Virus record (IMG/VR): IMGVR_UViG_3300027708_000030
Location: 32,001-96,000 of that record
DNA from: a virus
Direction: 5' to 3' (one strand)
DNA length: 64,000 nt
A model generated the notes under the pieces. That model ran no database searches. It was not told the origin of the DNA and saw only the letters and a list, made by a program, of their open reading frames with translations. Positions 44,184-54,903 of the stretch are shown here, in pieces; position 1 is the stretch's first letter, and each line of letters starts with the position of its first letter. The position numbers and the translations under genes were made by a program.

Positions 44184-47100
44184 ATGACCATTAATTTTAA
44201 TGTATCGCCATATTATGACGACTACTCTGAGGAAGATAAATACCTCAGAGTATTGTTTCGTCCAGGATATCCAGTACAAGCGAGAGAATTAACACAACTG
44301 CAGACCATTCTGCAGAATCAAACTTCACGCTTTGGTGACCACATCTTTAAACAAGGTGCAATGGTTCTTCCAGGACAAATTTCATATGATGATACTTTTA
44401 ATTATGTTAAACTTCAACCAACTTATAATGGTGTTTCTGTTGACACTTATATTGAAGAGATTGTCGGTTATATTCTAGTTGGTAATACAACTGGTGTTAA
44501 AGGTAAGGTTGTTTATGCTGCACCTTCAACAACAACTGACTCTCCAACAATTTACATTAAATACATTGAGTCTGGTACAAATAATGTAACTAAGACCTTT
44601 GCTGCAAATGAAATTTTAACTACTGAAGACGCACCAACTGCTCGTGCATTTACAAGCGTGTTATCTGATGCTACTGGTGTCGGTTCTGGTGCTTCCATTG
44701 AACGTGGTGTTTACTACATCAATGGTTTCTTCATGTTAGTTACTCCACAAACTATTTTACTTGACAAATACGATAATGTTCCATCATATCGTGTTGGTCT
44801 AGAAATAACTGAAAGTATTGTTACACCTGAAGAAAATTCTGCGCTACAAGATAATGCACAGGGAACTTCTAACTTTGCAGCTCCAGGTGCGCATCGTTAT
44901 CAAACAACTTTAACACTTGCAACAAGAACGATTGAGACTACTGAAGATAAAGACTTCATTGAGTTACTCCGTGTTGTTGATGGTAGTATTCAATATAAAG
45001 TTCGTACAACTGACTATTCTATTTTAGAACAAACTCTTGCTCGTCGTACTTACGATGAGTCTGGTAATTATGTTGTTCGTAACTTCACTATGGATGTTCG
45101 TGAACATAGAAATAATAATCGTGGTGCGTGGAAAGAAAATACATCTTATCTAATTGGTGATGTTGCATATTATAAAATTGGTGGAACCACTAACTATTAT
45201 ACTGCAACTACTGATGGTTCTTCTGGTTCTCAACCACCTATTCATTCTTCTGGTACAGCAACCGATGGTGTCGGTGGTGTTACATGGAGATATACTGCTG
45301 TAACAGATTTGCTTTATAATCGTGGTATTTTTGATCCAGCCACACAAGATGGCGATGCCACTAAATTGGCACTTGGTATGGAACCAGGAAAAGCATATGT
45401 TCAAGGATATGAAATCGAGAAAATCGGTACTCAATATCTAACTATTGACAAAGCACGTGACTTTACTCGTGTTGCTGATACTCAAATTCAAACTACTGTT
45501 GGTAATTATATTCTTGTTACCAATATTAATAGTGTTCCACGTTTTGATGTTTTCCAACAAGTTGATCTATACAGTCAAGTAACAGCATCTGCTGGTACTG
45601 CTGCAGGTTCTAAAATTGGAACTGCACGTATTCGTGGTATTGAACTCCATAGTCTTGGAGCGTCACGTGCTGCAGACGTATACAAATTACAACTATCCAG
45701 CGTATCATTGAATAGTGGTGTAAATTTCAATCGTCAAGTTAAACAGATTTACTACAATGCTGGTTCATCTACCACTAACTTTACTGCTGACATCTCTCCG
45801 ATTCAAACAGTATTGACTGGTTCTGTGACTGCGTCATCTTCAACTACACTTACAGGTGCTGGTACTAGATTCACCACAGAACTACAAGTTGGTGATTACA
45901 TTTATATCGGTTCTTCTTCTACTGTTCGTCGTGTTACTGCTATTTCAACTGATTTATCTTTAACAGTTAATGCCAATGTGACTGCAACTGCTGCTGCAAT
46001 TTATCGTCTATCAACTGTATTATCTGAACCACAAAATTCTCCTTTAGTTTACCAACTACCATATTATGCTGTTCGTAAATTAAGAAGCGTGGATGATACT
46101 ACTATTGGTACTTCTTATACTGTGATGCAGCGTTTTGTTCAAACATCTTCTACTTCATCTGGTGGAACTTGTACTCTTACAATTAACGCTGTTGGTTCTG
46201 CAGACACATTCGGCTCTGCAGCTGAGAATACTAACTACCTGTTGGTTAATAATGCCACTGGTGGTGTTGTTATTCCTAACTCAATTAACGTAGTTACTCC
46301 TTCACTTCGTCAAGTTATTTTTACCCTTGATGCTTCTGTTGCTTCAACTCAGTTTATTGTACATGCTGCAGTTCGTAAGACTTCTATTGATGCTAAAGAA
46401 AAAGCAAAAACTCTAACTTCTGCTGTAAAAACTATTACAGTAAAAACAACTGGTACTACACCAATTATTAAATTGGGTAAAGCGGATGGATATCGTGTAA
46501 CCAGTGTTAAGATGGATACTGGAACATGGGGATCACCAACTGGTACTTACTCGATTGAAATTGGTAATCAATTTGATTTTGATGACGGACAACGTGACGA
46601 CTACTATGATGTGGCATCTATTAGTTTGCGTCAAGGATATCCAGCACCAACTGCACCAATTCAAATCACTTTCCAATATTTTGAACATGGTACTGGTGAC
46701 TACTTCTCAGTAGATTCATATACTGGTTCTGGTATTCGTTATGAAGATATTCCAATTTATTCTGGTACTGCTTTAAGAGATGCACTAGATTTCCGTCCAC
46801 GTATTGATGATACTGGTGTAGATTTTAGTTCAGCTGGTTCTTCACCAACACAACTACCAAAACGTGGTGTGAACGTAGAAACAGATATGTCATACTATCT
46901 TGCTCGTAAAGATAAAATTGCAATTGACTTCAATGGTAATTTCTTCCAAGTTAAAGGTGTGCCAGCTGTTAATCCAGCAGAACCAGAAGATCCAGTTAAT
47001 GGAATGGTTCTATACAAACTTTCTCTTGAGCCATACACATTTGGCACATCAACTAATAACGTAAGTGTAAGATCTATTGATAACAAACGCTACACAATGC

Positions 47101-50100
47101 GTGATATTGGTTCTCTTGAAAAGCGTATTGATACACTTGAATATTACACTTCTTTATCTTTACTAGAACAAGAAACTGTAAGTTTAACTATTCCAGACGA
47201 CCAAGGATTAGATCGTTTCAAGAATGGTTTTATTGTTGACTCGTTCTCTGGATCTGGTGTTGGTGATGCTTCCAATACAGATTACAGCTGTGCTATTGAC
47301 ATGGAGAATAAAGAACTCCGTCCATTCTATCGTATGGACAATGTCAATTTAATCGAAAAGAATTCTACATCTGCTCAGCGTACTGCAAGTAACTACGCTT
47401 TGACTGGTGATGTTATCACATTGCCATACACCAATATTTCTTTTATTAAACAGAATGTTGCATCCCGTGTTGAGAACATTAATCCATTTGCGATCTTTAC
47501 ATTTATCGGTAACATTAATCTAAACCCATCTTCTGATGAGTGGTTTGAAGTTGAACGTCGTCCAGATATCGTGAATAACGTAGAAGGTAACTTCAATGCT
47601 GTTTACAGTGCACTAGAAAAGTCTGGTGTTCTTGGTACAGTTTGGAATGCATGGCAAACTCAATGGACTGGTGCTGCAAGAATTTCAACACGTACATATG
47701 TCGGTGACAAACGTGGCGCAGGTGTTGCTGGTGCTGAGTTTGGTGGCGACCAGATGAATGCCTTGTTTGGTAATGTTGAATCAGGATCTGGTTGGGCACA
47801 TCGTGTTGTTACAACTCAAACTACTGCACGTGAAGTTGGTCTTGCAAGAACTGGTCTTAAAACTAGCGTTGTTGCTCAAATTGATAGACAACTGGTTGAA
47901 GATAAAGTTCTTTCAACTGCAGTTATCCCATTTATTCGTTCACGTGGTGTATTGATTCAAGCCAAAGGTTTTAAACCAAAGACTAAACTATATTCTTTCT
48001 TTGACAGCATTGGTGTTAATTCTTATATCCAACCAGCCACTAGAATTCCATTCGATGCGATTTCTGGTTTTGGTTCTGAATTTGATAGATACTCAAACGT
48101 GGGTTCTAACTCAACTGAAACTGCTCGTCGTATTTCTGGTGATCCGACTAAAGATACACAACCAGCATTAAATCGTGGTGATGTTATTACTGGTTTAACT
48201 TCTGGTGCTACTGCAGTTTGTGTTGGATACGAAATTACTTCTACTGGAACTAAAGCGATTTATGTTCTAAACATCAAGGGAACATTCCAGTCTGGTGAAA
48301 TTATGACTGGTTCTATCTCTGGTGCTCGTGGAACAATCAATTCTTCTGTAACTGTTAAAGTACAAGGTGATGATGTAATCTCTAACTTTAATGGTGACGT
48401 ATATGGATTATTCACTATTCCAAATACAGATGCATTAAGATTCCGTACAGGTATCAAAGAACTCCGTATCACTGATAGTTCTGCAAATGCTGGTGATTAC
48501 ACTTCAGCTGGTAGCGTTCAGTATCGTGCACAGGGTATTCTTGAAACGAAACAGGCGACATTTAATGCTGTTCGTAATGCAACGATTGCACAAGAAGTTG
48601 TTAATGCAACTACCACTATCACAGAAACATCAGAGCGTGTTGTTGGTGATACTGGTTGGTATGACCCATTGGCACAAACATTCTTGGTACAACAAAAGGG
48701 TGGAGCATTCTTAACAGGTATTGATATTTTCTTTGCTACTAAAGATGATAATATTCCTGTGAATATTGAGATCCGTGAAGTTGTCAACGGCTATCCAGGT
48801 AAAAAAGTTCTTCCATTCTCTAAGATGGCTTTGAACCCAGATAAAGTTTATCTGTCAGACAATAGCGTTACTGTTGAGGGTGCAACTTATCGTGCTCCAG
48901 ATACACCTACTCGTTTCACATTCCCATCTCCAGTTTTTGTCAATGATGCGACTGAATATTGTATCGTATTGTCTTCTGATTCTAACAACTATCGTTGCTG
49001 GATTTCTCAGTTGGGCGATAAACAAGCAGGCACAGATCGCTTTATTTCTGAGCAACCATACGCTGGTGTATTCTTCAAGTCACAAAACGCTTCTACTTGG
49101 ACTGCGGATCAAACACAAGACTTGATGTTTACGATTTACCGTGCACAGTTCTCAACTAATGTTATCGGTCAAGTAGATTTCGTTAATGATAGTTTGCCAA
49201 ATAATGTACTGCAGAACGATCCATTCCAAGTAACTTCTGGTTCAAACAAAGTTCGTGTTTATCATCCTGACCATGATATGTTCCCTGGATCTAAGGTTCG
49301 TATTCAAAATGTTGCAACTGGAACATACAATAATATTCCAAGCAGCCAGTTAAACGGCACACAAACCATTTCTGATATTGATTTAGATTCTTACACATTC
49401 ACTGTTACCAATAATGCGAATGCTACTGGTTTCGTTGGTGGTGTTGGAGTTGAAGCGACTGATAACGTGCAGTTTGATGTTGTTCAACCAATCGTTCAAG
49501 TTCAATCATTCTCACAGACTAATGTTGATTATAGCATTAAGTCTACAACTGGTCGTTCTGTTGATGGTATTGAAGTACCATATATCAAACAGACTTCTGG
49601 GGATGCAGTAATGATTAATCAATCAAATGTATATGATTCTCCAAGAGTTATTGGTTCTGACGTAAATGAATCAAATTTCTTAAGTGGTGATAAATCTTTA
49701 ACATTCTCTGCACAGATCTCCACTACAAATGATTCAGTATCTCCTGTGATTGATACTCACAGAACTTCATTGATCTGTATCCATAACAAAATTAATAATG
49801 CGACTCAGACAAATACTAATATTTCTCCAATAGATAATAGAACAGCGACTTCTGCAAAGACTACCATTGCCTTTACGACAACTGGTATCTCCACAGCAGA
49901 TGCCACTACTAAGTTAGACTTACTAACTATCGGTGTTGGTCGTTACGTGACTATCTCTGGTGCTGCAGATGCTGGTAATAATGGAACATTCCTTGTAACT
50001 GGAACATCTGTTGATGGAGCCACTGTCACATTGAATAGTACATTTACTGCTCGTGCAGCTGGTTCTGGAACAGCAGGTACAATTACAGTGGTTTCACTGG

Positions 50101-50480
50101 ATAAATTCTTTGATGAAATCGCACCTGTAAATGGTTCACAACATAGCAAATATGTAACACGTAGAATTAACCTTGCAAACCCATCTTCTTATCTAAAGAT
50201 TCGTTTTGCGATTAATCTTCCTACAAATGCTTCTGTGGATGTTTACTACAAGTTAAACAATGTTGGTTCTAATATTGACTTCAATACAGTACCATATACA
50301 TTGATTAGCCCAGATGCCGTGATTCCTAAGACTACCTTCCCAGAGTCATTCTATGATGTTCAGTATTCTGCGAAAAATCTGACTCAGTTTGATGCAATTA
50401 CGGTGAAGATCGTATTCAGATCCACAGTTTCTGCTGAAGTGCCGAGACTTAAAGATCTCCGTGTAATCGCCTGTGCATAA
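44184..50480 (+). CDS. large virion structural protein (DUF4815-like)
   Basis: SPYYDD, LFRPG..VQARELTQLQ, ARRT.DESGNY, RFKNGF.VD.F, DPLAQTF, FKSQN..TW. Confidence 0.8.
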   Translation: MTINFNVSPYYDDYSEEDKYLRVLFRPGYPVQARELTQLQTILQNQTSRFGDHIFKQGAMVLPGQISYDDTFNYVKLQPTYNGVSVDTYIEEIVGYILVGNTTGVKGKVVYAAPSTTTDSPTIYIKYIESGTNNVTKTFAANEILTTEDAPTARAFTSVLSDATGVGSGASIERGVYYINGFFMLVTPQTILLDKYDNVPSYRVGLEITESIVTPEENSALQDNAQGTSNFAAPGAHRYQTTLTLATRTIETTEDKDFIELLRVVDGSIQYKVRTTDYSILEQTLARRTYDESGNYVVRNFTMDVREHRNNNRGAWKENTSYLIGDVAYYKIGGTTNYYTATTDGSSGSQPPIHSSGTATDGVGGVTWRYTAVTDLLYNRGIFDPATQDGDATKLALGMEPGKAYVQGYEIEKIGTQYLTIDKARDFTRVADTQIQTTVGNYILVTNINSVPRFDVFQQVDLYSQVTASAGTAAGSKIGTARIRGIELHSLGASRAADVYKLQLSSVSLNSGVNFNRQVKQIYYNAGSSTTNFTADISPIQTVLTGSVTASSSTTLTGAGTRFTTELQVGDYIYIGSSSTVRRVTAISTDLSLTVNANVTATAAAIYRLSTVLSEPQNSPLVYQLPYYAVRKLRSVDDTTIGTSYTVMQRFVQTSSTSSGGTCTLTINAVGSADTFGSAAENTNYLLVNNATGGVVIPNSINVVTPSLRQVIFTLDASVASTQFIVHAAVRKTSIDAKEKAKTLTSAVKTITVKTTGTTPIIKLGKADGYRVTSVKMDTGTWGSPTGTYSIEIGNQFDFDDGQRDDYYDVASISLRQGYPAPTAPIQITFQYFEHGTGDYFSVDSYTGSGIRYEDIPIYSGTALRDALDFRPRIDDTGVDFSSAGSSPTQLPKRGVNVETDMSYYLARKDKIAIDFNGNFFQVKGVPAVNPAEPEDPVNGMVLYKLSLEPYTFGTSTNNVSVRSIDNKRYTMRDIGSLEKRIDTLEYYTSLSLLEQETVSLTIPDDQGLDRFKNGFIVDSFSGSGVGDASNTDYSCAIDMENKELRPFYRMDNVNLIEKNSTSAQRTASNYALTGDVITLPYTNISFIKQNVASRVENINPFAIFTFIGNINLNPSSDEWFEVERRPDIVNNVEGNFNAVYSALEKSGVLGTVWNAWQTQWTGAARISTRTYVGDKRGAGVAGAEFGGDQMNALFGNVESGSGWAHRVVTTQTTAREVGLARTGLKTSVVAQIDRQLVEDKVLSTAVIPFIRSRGVLIQAKGFKPKTKLYSFFDSIGVNSYIQPATRIPFDAISGFGSEFDRYSNVGSNSTETARRISGDPTKDTQPALNRGDVITGLTSGATAVCVGYEITSTGTKAIYVLNIKGTFQSGEIMTGSISGARGTINSSVTVKVQGDDVISNFNGDVYGLFTIPNTDALRFRTGIKELRITDSSANAGDYTSAGSVQYRAQGILETKQATFNAVRNATIAQEVVNATTTITETSERVVGDTGWYDPLAQTFLVQQKGGAFLTGIDIFFATKDDNIPVNIEIREVVNGYPGKKVLPFSKMALNPDKVYLSDNSVTVEGATYRAPDTPTRFTFPSPVFVNDATEYCIVLSSDSNNYRCWISQLGDKQAGTDRFISEQPYAGVFFKSQNASTWTADQTQDLMFTIYRAQFSTNVIGQVDFVNDSLPNNVLQNDPFQVTSGSNKVRVYHPDHDMFPGSKVRIQNVATGTYNNIPSSQLNGTQTISDIDLDSYTFTVTNNANATGFVGGVGVEATDNVQFDVVQPIVQVQSFSQTNVDYSIKSTTGRSVDGIEVPYIKQTSGDAVMINQSNVYDSPRVIGSDVNESNFLSGDKSLTFSAQISTTNDSVSPVIDTHRTSLICIHNKINNATQTNTNISPIDNRTATSAKTTIAFTTTGISTADATTKLDLLTIGVGRYVTISGAADAGNNGTFLVTGTSVDGATVTLNSTFTARAAGSGTAGTITVVSLDKFFDEIAPVNGSQHSKYVTRRINLANPSSYLKIRFAINLPTNASVDVYYKLNNVGSNIDFNTVPYTLISPDAVIPKTTFPESFYDVQYSAKNLTQFDAITVKIVFRSTVSAEVPRLKDLRVIACA

Positions 50481-50481
50481 C

Positions 50482-50706
50482 ATGGAATTTTTAAAGGTAA
50501 AGGGGATGGATGGTTTATTTCGAGATACATCAAACCAAGCTATCCTAAATAATAATAGTAAAGAATATGGGGCTTATGTTGCTCGAAGAGATGCAGCTAG
50601 GGTTCAAAAACAAGAACTAGAGAGACAAGGTAAAGAATTACAGGATGTTAAGTCTGAGATTTCTGAGATTAAACACATGCTTCAAATTCTTATAAATAAA
50701 CAATAA
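50482..50706 (+). CDS. small coiled-coil protein
   Basis: KV.G...L.RD....AI.N...Y...LQDVKSEISEIK.ML. Confidence 0.65.
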   Translation: MEFLKVKGMDGLFRDTSNQAILNNNSKEYGAYVARRDAARVQKQELERQGKELQDVKSEISEIKHMLQILINKQ

Positions 50707-50915
50707 TGGCACTCCAAACTCCAGTTACTACCGTACCGCAAACTGACTCCTTTGACCAGTGGCGAGTTAAGACCAATTCGGTTATTACACAATCTAACCA
50801 GAATGTGGTGAATGTTGGCGATCTAGCCACGTTGGCTGGTGGAGAAACAACTATTGTGGACGCTGTAAATGGCGGACGAAACTTTTCAATTGCAATTTCA
50901 ATCGCATTAGGATAA
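50706..50915 (+). CDS. short fibritin/neck-like protein
   Basis: DSFDQWRVKTN, VGDL, IVDAVN, C-terminal IALG. Confidence 0.6.
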   Translation: MALQTPVTTVPQTDSFDQWRVKTNSVITQSNQNVVNVGDLATLAGGETTIVDAVNGGRNFSIAISIALG

Positions 50916-50920
50916 AAAAC

Positions 50921-51244
50921 ATGGCGAACACTTTTAAGAATGCACTAGCACGAAACGTCGGAACTTCCGCTGTTACTGTGTATACTGCACCATCTAGTAA
51001 AAACTCAATCTGCATCGAACTAGACGTTTGTAATACCACAAACGCTGGTGTTACTGTTGATGCTTATATTACTTCTAGTTCAGCAAACTACTACATCGTT
51101 AAGGGTGCTCCAGTTCCTGTTGGTGGTTCACTACAGATTATTGCTGGACAGAAAATCGTTCTGTCAAATACAGATGCTCTTAAAGTTGTTTCATCAACGG
51201 CTTCGTCATTAGACATTATAGCCAGCATTTTGGAAGATGTCTGA
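50921..51244 (+). CDS. small virion adaptor protein
   Basis: MANTFK..VYTAP..VPVG.SL...KIVL...D.L; paralog of 57058-57384. Confidence 0.65.
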   Translation: MANTFKNALARNVGTSAVTVYTAPSSKNSICIELDVCNTTNAGVTVDAYITSSSANYYIVKGAPVPVGGSLQIIAGQKIVLSNTDALKVVSSTASSLDIIASILEDV

Positions 51245-51246
51245 TC

Positions 51247-52449
51247 ATGCCGATTCAAAAAGGACCAGCTAATCTAGGTACAGGAAGTGTTGATAGCACT
51301 GAGTTATCCAACACACTAGATCTTTCTGCCAAAACAGTAACATACAGAACAATCGTTGCTGGTGATATTGCTTCTAATGCAATCACTCCAGCCAAGATGG
51401 CTAATAGTGGTGCCGAGTTTGGTATGCGTAACCGCATCATCAATGGTGCGATGGTGATTGACCAGCGTAATGCGGGGGCTAGTGTAACTCCAGTTAACGC
51501 ACAAACCACATTAGATAGATGGCAAGGGGGATTAAGTCAAACAGGAAAATACACCATTCAACAATCTACAACCGCACCTACAGGTTTTAGAAATTCATTA
51601 TTAATAACTTCAACTTCTGCGTATAGTTTGTTGGCGGGAGATAATTTTCAATTAAGTCAACCGATTGAAGGATACAATATCGCAGATTTCAACTGGGGTA
51701 CTGCTTCTGCTTCTTCAGTTACTTTATCATTTTGGGTTCGTTGCAGTTTGACTGGCACATTTGGGGGTGCTATATACAATGGTTCGGCAAATAGATTTTA
51801 TCCATTTAGTTATACCATTTCATCTGCTAACACATTTGAATACAAAACAATAACTATTACTGGAGATACTTCTGGAACATGGTCAACTGATAATTCTACT
51901 GGCATAAGAGTTATGTTTTGCTCTGCTGGTGCTGGTTCAACTTATTTAGGAACTGCTGGCGCATGGACAAGTAGTGTTATTTTGGGGGTTACTGGGCAAA
52001 CAAACCTTGTGGCAACTAATGGCGCTACTTGGTATGTAACAGGCGTACAACTAGAAAAAGGCAGTACCGCAACATCGTTTGATTACAGACCTTTTGGGAC
52101 TGAGTTGGATTTGTGTCAAAGATATTTTACAAAAAGTCAAAGTTGGGCAGCTGCCGTTACTGCTGGTGAAGGACAAGGTTTAATTGCGTGGAACGCAGTT
52201 ACTACATCTGTAATAGCGGGGTGGGCTTCACATAAAGTATCAATGAGAACACAACCAACTATTACCATCTATAGACAAGACGGCACAATTAATGCAACTA
52301 ATAGATTTACTGATGGCGTTAATACTACTGGAACAGCTACTTGTCCAGAACCAGGAATAGAAGGATTTAGATATGTGTCAAATGCATCTAGTGGATTTAC
52401 TGCTGGAACATATTATCAATTTTACTATACAGCATCTGCGGAGTTATAA
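51247..52449 (+). CDS. fibre/adhesin family A, copy 1
   Basis: RNRIINGAM.IDQRN...TGVQLE.G..AT.F..R....EL.LCQRY...SAEL. Confidence 0.75.
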   Translation: MPIQKGPANLGTGSVDSTELSNTLDLSAKTVTYRTIVAGDIASNAITPAKMANSGAEFGMRNRIINGAMVIDQRNAGASVTPVNAQTTLDRWQGGLSQTGKYTIQQSTTAPTGFRNSLLITSTSAYSLLAGDNFQLSQPIEGYNIADFNWGTASASSVTLSFWVRCSLTGTFGGAIYNGSANRFYPFSYTISSANTFEYKTITITGDTSGTWSTDNSTGIRVMFCSAGAGSTYLGTAGAWTSSVILGVTGQTNLVATNGATWYVTGVQLEKGSTATSFDYRPFGTELDLCQRYFTKSQSWAAAVTAGEGQGLIAWNAVTTSVIAGWASHKVSMRTQPTITIYRQDGTINATNRFTDGVNTTGTATCPEPGIEGFRYVSNASSGFTAGTYYQFYYTASAEL

Positions 52450-52605
52450 ATGTATAAATTATTAAAATCAATAAGAGGTGATGTAACGGCAGTTTTTCGT
52501 TTATCTGATGGTGCATCTATTCCTTTTAATCCAGACAACACAGACTACCAAGAATACTTAAAGTGGCTTGCTGAAGGTAATACTCCAGAACCTGCTGACG
52601 AATAA
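52450..52605 (+). CDS. 51-aa partner of family A fibre
   Basis: MYK...[23 protein letters not shown]; missed by the ORF track. Confidence 0.75.
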   Translation: MYKLLKSIRGDVTAVFRLSDGASIPFNPDNTDYQEYLKWLAEGNTPEPADE

Positions 52606-52631
52606 ATAAAGAATAACAGAAGAGTAAATCA

Positions 52632-54554
52632 ATGGCATATATCGGATCACCACCAGCATATCAAGCATCTGGAGTTCGCCCACGTGATGAGTTCACGGCA
52701 GACGGCACACAGATTTGCTACCCATTATCACAATCTGTTCCAGGTTCTTTTGAATCAGGTGTAACGATTGTTCTTGATAACGTGCCACAACAACCAGTTG
52801 AAGCATTTACTGTTGTTGATACTACAACACTAACTTTTACTGCTGTTACTGGCACATTTACAAAGAACGAAACAGTTACTGGTGGAACCAGTTCTGCAAC
52901 TGGTACTGTCTTAAAAGTCAATCTTGGAAGCATCGTTGTTCGTGGACTTACTGGTACATTTGCTAGTGGTGAGACGATTACTGGTGGTTCTTCTTCTGCA
53001 AGTGGAACTTCTGCTGTTGTTAGCACAAATACAGGTTCTGGCATTTTATTCTCAGAAATCCCAGCATCTGGTGCATTCCTTTATGTTGTGCATGAAGGTA
53101 ATGCAACTTATAATCTAGTTCCAGCTGCAGCATCAGTTTCAGCTACTCAGTTGGCAGACAATCTAAGAAACTTTACTGTTGATACATTTACTGGTGATGG
53201 TTCTACAACTGCATTTAATCTTTCAGCAATTCCTGCATCTGGAAATGCGATTCTAGTTTCTGTTGATGGTATTTTCCAAACAGTTACTACAAACTATACA
53301 CTGTCTTCAAATACAGTAACATTTACTGCTGCTCCAGATTCTGGCTCAGCAATTACAATTATTCATCTTGGATTTAGCACTGCATCTAGAACTGGTCTAG
53401 TTGATGGTTCAGTTACTCCAGCCAAGTTAAGTTCTGGTGCTCCACTATGGAATACTTCGAGCAATCTAGGTGTTGGTGTTACTCCAGTGACATTTAAAGG
53501 TACACTACAAGTTGGTACTATTGGTTATACTGATACTGGTATCCTTGCTGGATTTGCTTCAAGTGTTGCTGGATATAATCAGATTATTTTACAGAATACT
53601 AACTCTGGTTCTACATCATCCACAAACTTCAATGTGTCAAATAACAATGGCACAACAACTACTAACTATGGTGAGTTTGGTATTAACTCATCTGGATTTA
53701 CTGGCACTGGCTCATTTAGTCAGGCTGGATATACTTACTTGGCATCAGCATCAACTGATCTAGCCATCGGTACTTACGGTTCAAATGCTATTCACTTTGT
53801 TGTAAATAGTGGTGCAACTGATGCAGCAATTATTGATACTGCTGGTCAAATTGGTATTGGTGCAACTCCAGCTACATGGGGTACGAGTAAAGCACTTCAA
53901 ATTGGTTTAGCTGGTGCTTTTAGTGGTCAAACAGGTGCTAAAACTGCAGAAGTTACATCCAACGCTTACTTAAATAGTGGTTGGAAATATCTTACTAGTG
54001 GCGATAAGGCAACTTTATATTATCAATATGCTGGTGCTCATACTTTCAATGCTTCAGCAGCAACAGGTTCTGCTGGTAATGGTATTACATGGGATGCTGG
54101 TACAACAATAAATCCTTATGGTGTCGGTGTTGGTGGTGCAACACCATCTAGTGGTATCGGTATCGCATTCCCTGCAACTCAAGTCGCTTCTACTGATCCA
54201 AACACGCTAGATGATTATGAAGAAGGTACTTTTACAATGACATATAATGCAGGAACAATTTCTAGTCAAAGTGGTCAATACACAAAAGTTGGTAGATTAG
54301 TAACTGCTACTTTTCAAATTAATTGGACTGCCTCTGGAACATCTTTAGGGCAAATTGGTGGACTTCCATTTAATGTATCTACAATTAACTACGGTGGAAC
54401 TCATTCAAGAGAATGGTATAATACTGGAAATTCCGTACAATGTGTAATGAGTACTGGTGCAGCAACTATGGATTTATTCTTTTACAATGGTGGTAGAGGA
54501 GTATCAAATGGATCTATATACGGTGTATCAGGAACAGTTGTTTATAATACGTAA
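52632..54554 (+). CDS. tail fibre protein
   Basis: MAYIG start, FTGDGSTTAF repeats, TLDDYEEGTFT..YTKVGRLV head. Confidence 0.75.
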   Translation: MAYIGSPPAYQASGVRPRDEFTADGTQICYPLSQSVPGSFESGVTIVLDNVPQQPVEAFTVVDTTTLTFTAVTGTFTKNETVTGGTSSATGTVLKVNLGSIVVRGLTGTFASGETITGGSSSASGTSAVVSTNTGSGILFSEIPASGAFLYVVHEGNATYNLVPAAASVSATQLADNLRNFTVDTFTGDGSTTAFNLSAIPASGNAILVSVDGIFQTVTTNYTLSSNTVTFTAAPDSGSAITIIHLGFSTASRTGLVDGSVTPAKLSSGAPLWNTSSNLGVGVTPVTFKGTLQVGTIGYTDTGILAGFASSVAGYNQIILQNTNSGSTSSTNFNVSNNNGTTTTNYGEFGINSSGFTGTGSFSQAGYTYLASASTDLAIGTYGSNAIHFVVNSGATDAAIIDTAGQIGIGATPATWGTSKALQIGLAGAFSGQTGAKTAEVTSNAYLNSGWKYLTSGDKATLYYQYAGAHTFNASAATGSAGNGITWDAGTTINPYGVGVGGATPSSGIGIAFPATQVASTDPNTLDDYEEGTFTMTYNAGTISSQSGQYTKVGRLVTATFQINWTASGTSLGQIGGLPFNVSTINYGGTHSREWYNTGNSVQCVMSTGAATMDLFFYNGGRGVSNGSIYGVSGTVVYNT

Positions 54555-54613
54555 TTTAAATTAACTAACCCATATTAGGTTAGTCGGACTTTTTAACAAC
54601 AGGAGAAATCAAA

Positions 54614-54871
54614 ATGGCTTTAACAAAAGAACAAGTAATCGACAAAGTAGAAGTAGTGGAAAACGGTACTCTACAAGTTCGTGAAGTAACAAGAATTATG
54701 GAAGATGGTAAGCAATTATCTTCTTCTTATCATCGTTGGAGTTTTGCACCGAACAGTGATGTTTCTGCAATGCCTGCGAATGTACAAGCAATTGCTGCAG
54801 CTGCATGGACTGCTGAAGTTATCGCTGCATACGAAGCACAAGTAGCTGCAAATGCTACACCAAGCGTATAA
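54614..54871 (+). CDS. fibre chaperone-like small protein
   Basis: DKVEV.ENG..QVR....EDG......HR; follows the fibre gene. Confidence 0.6.
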   Translation: MALTKEQVIDKVEVVENGTLQVREVTRIMEDGKQLSSSYHRWSFAPNSDVSAMPANVQAIAAAAWTAEVIAAYEAQVAANATPSV

Positions 54872-54903
54872 ATAGTTAGAACTAGAAACCACAGAGACCA
54901 AAG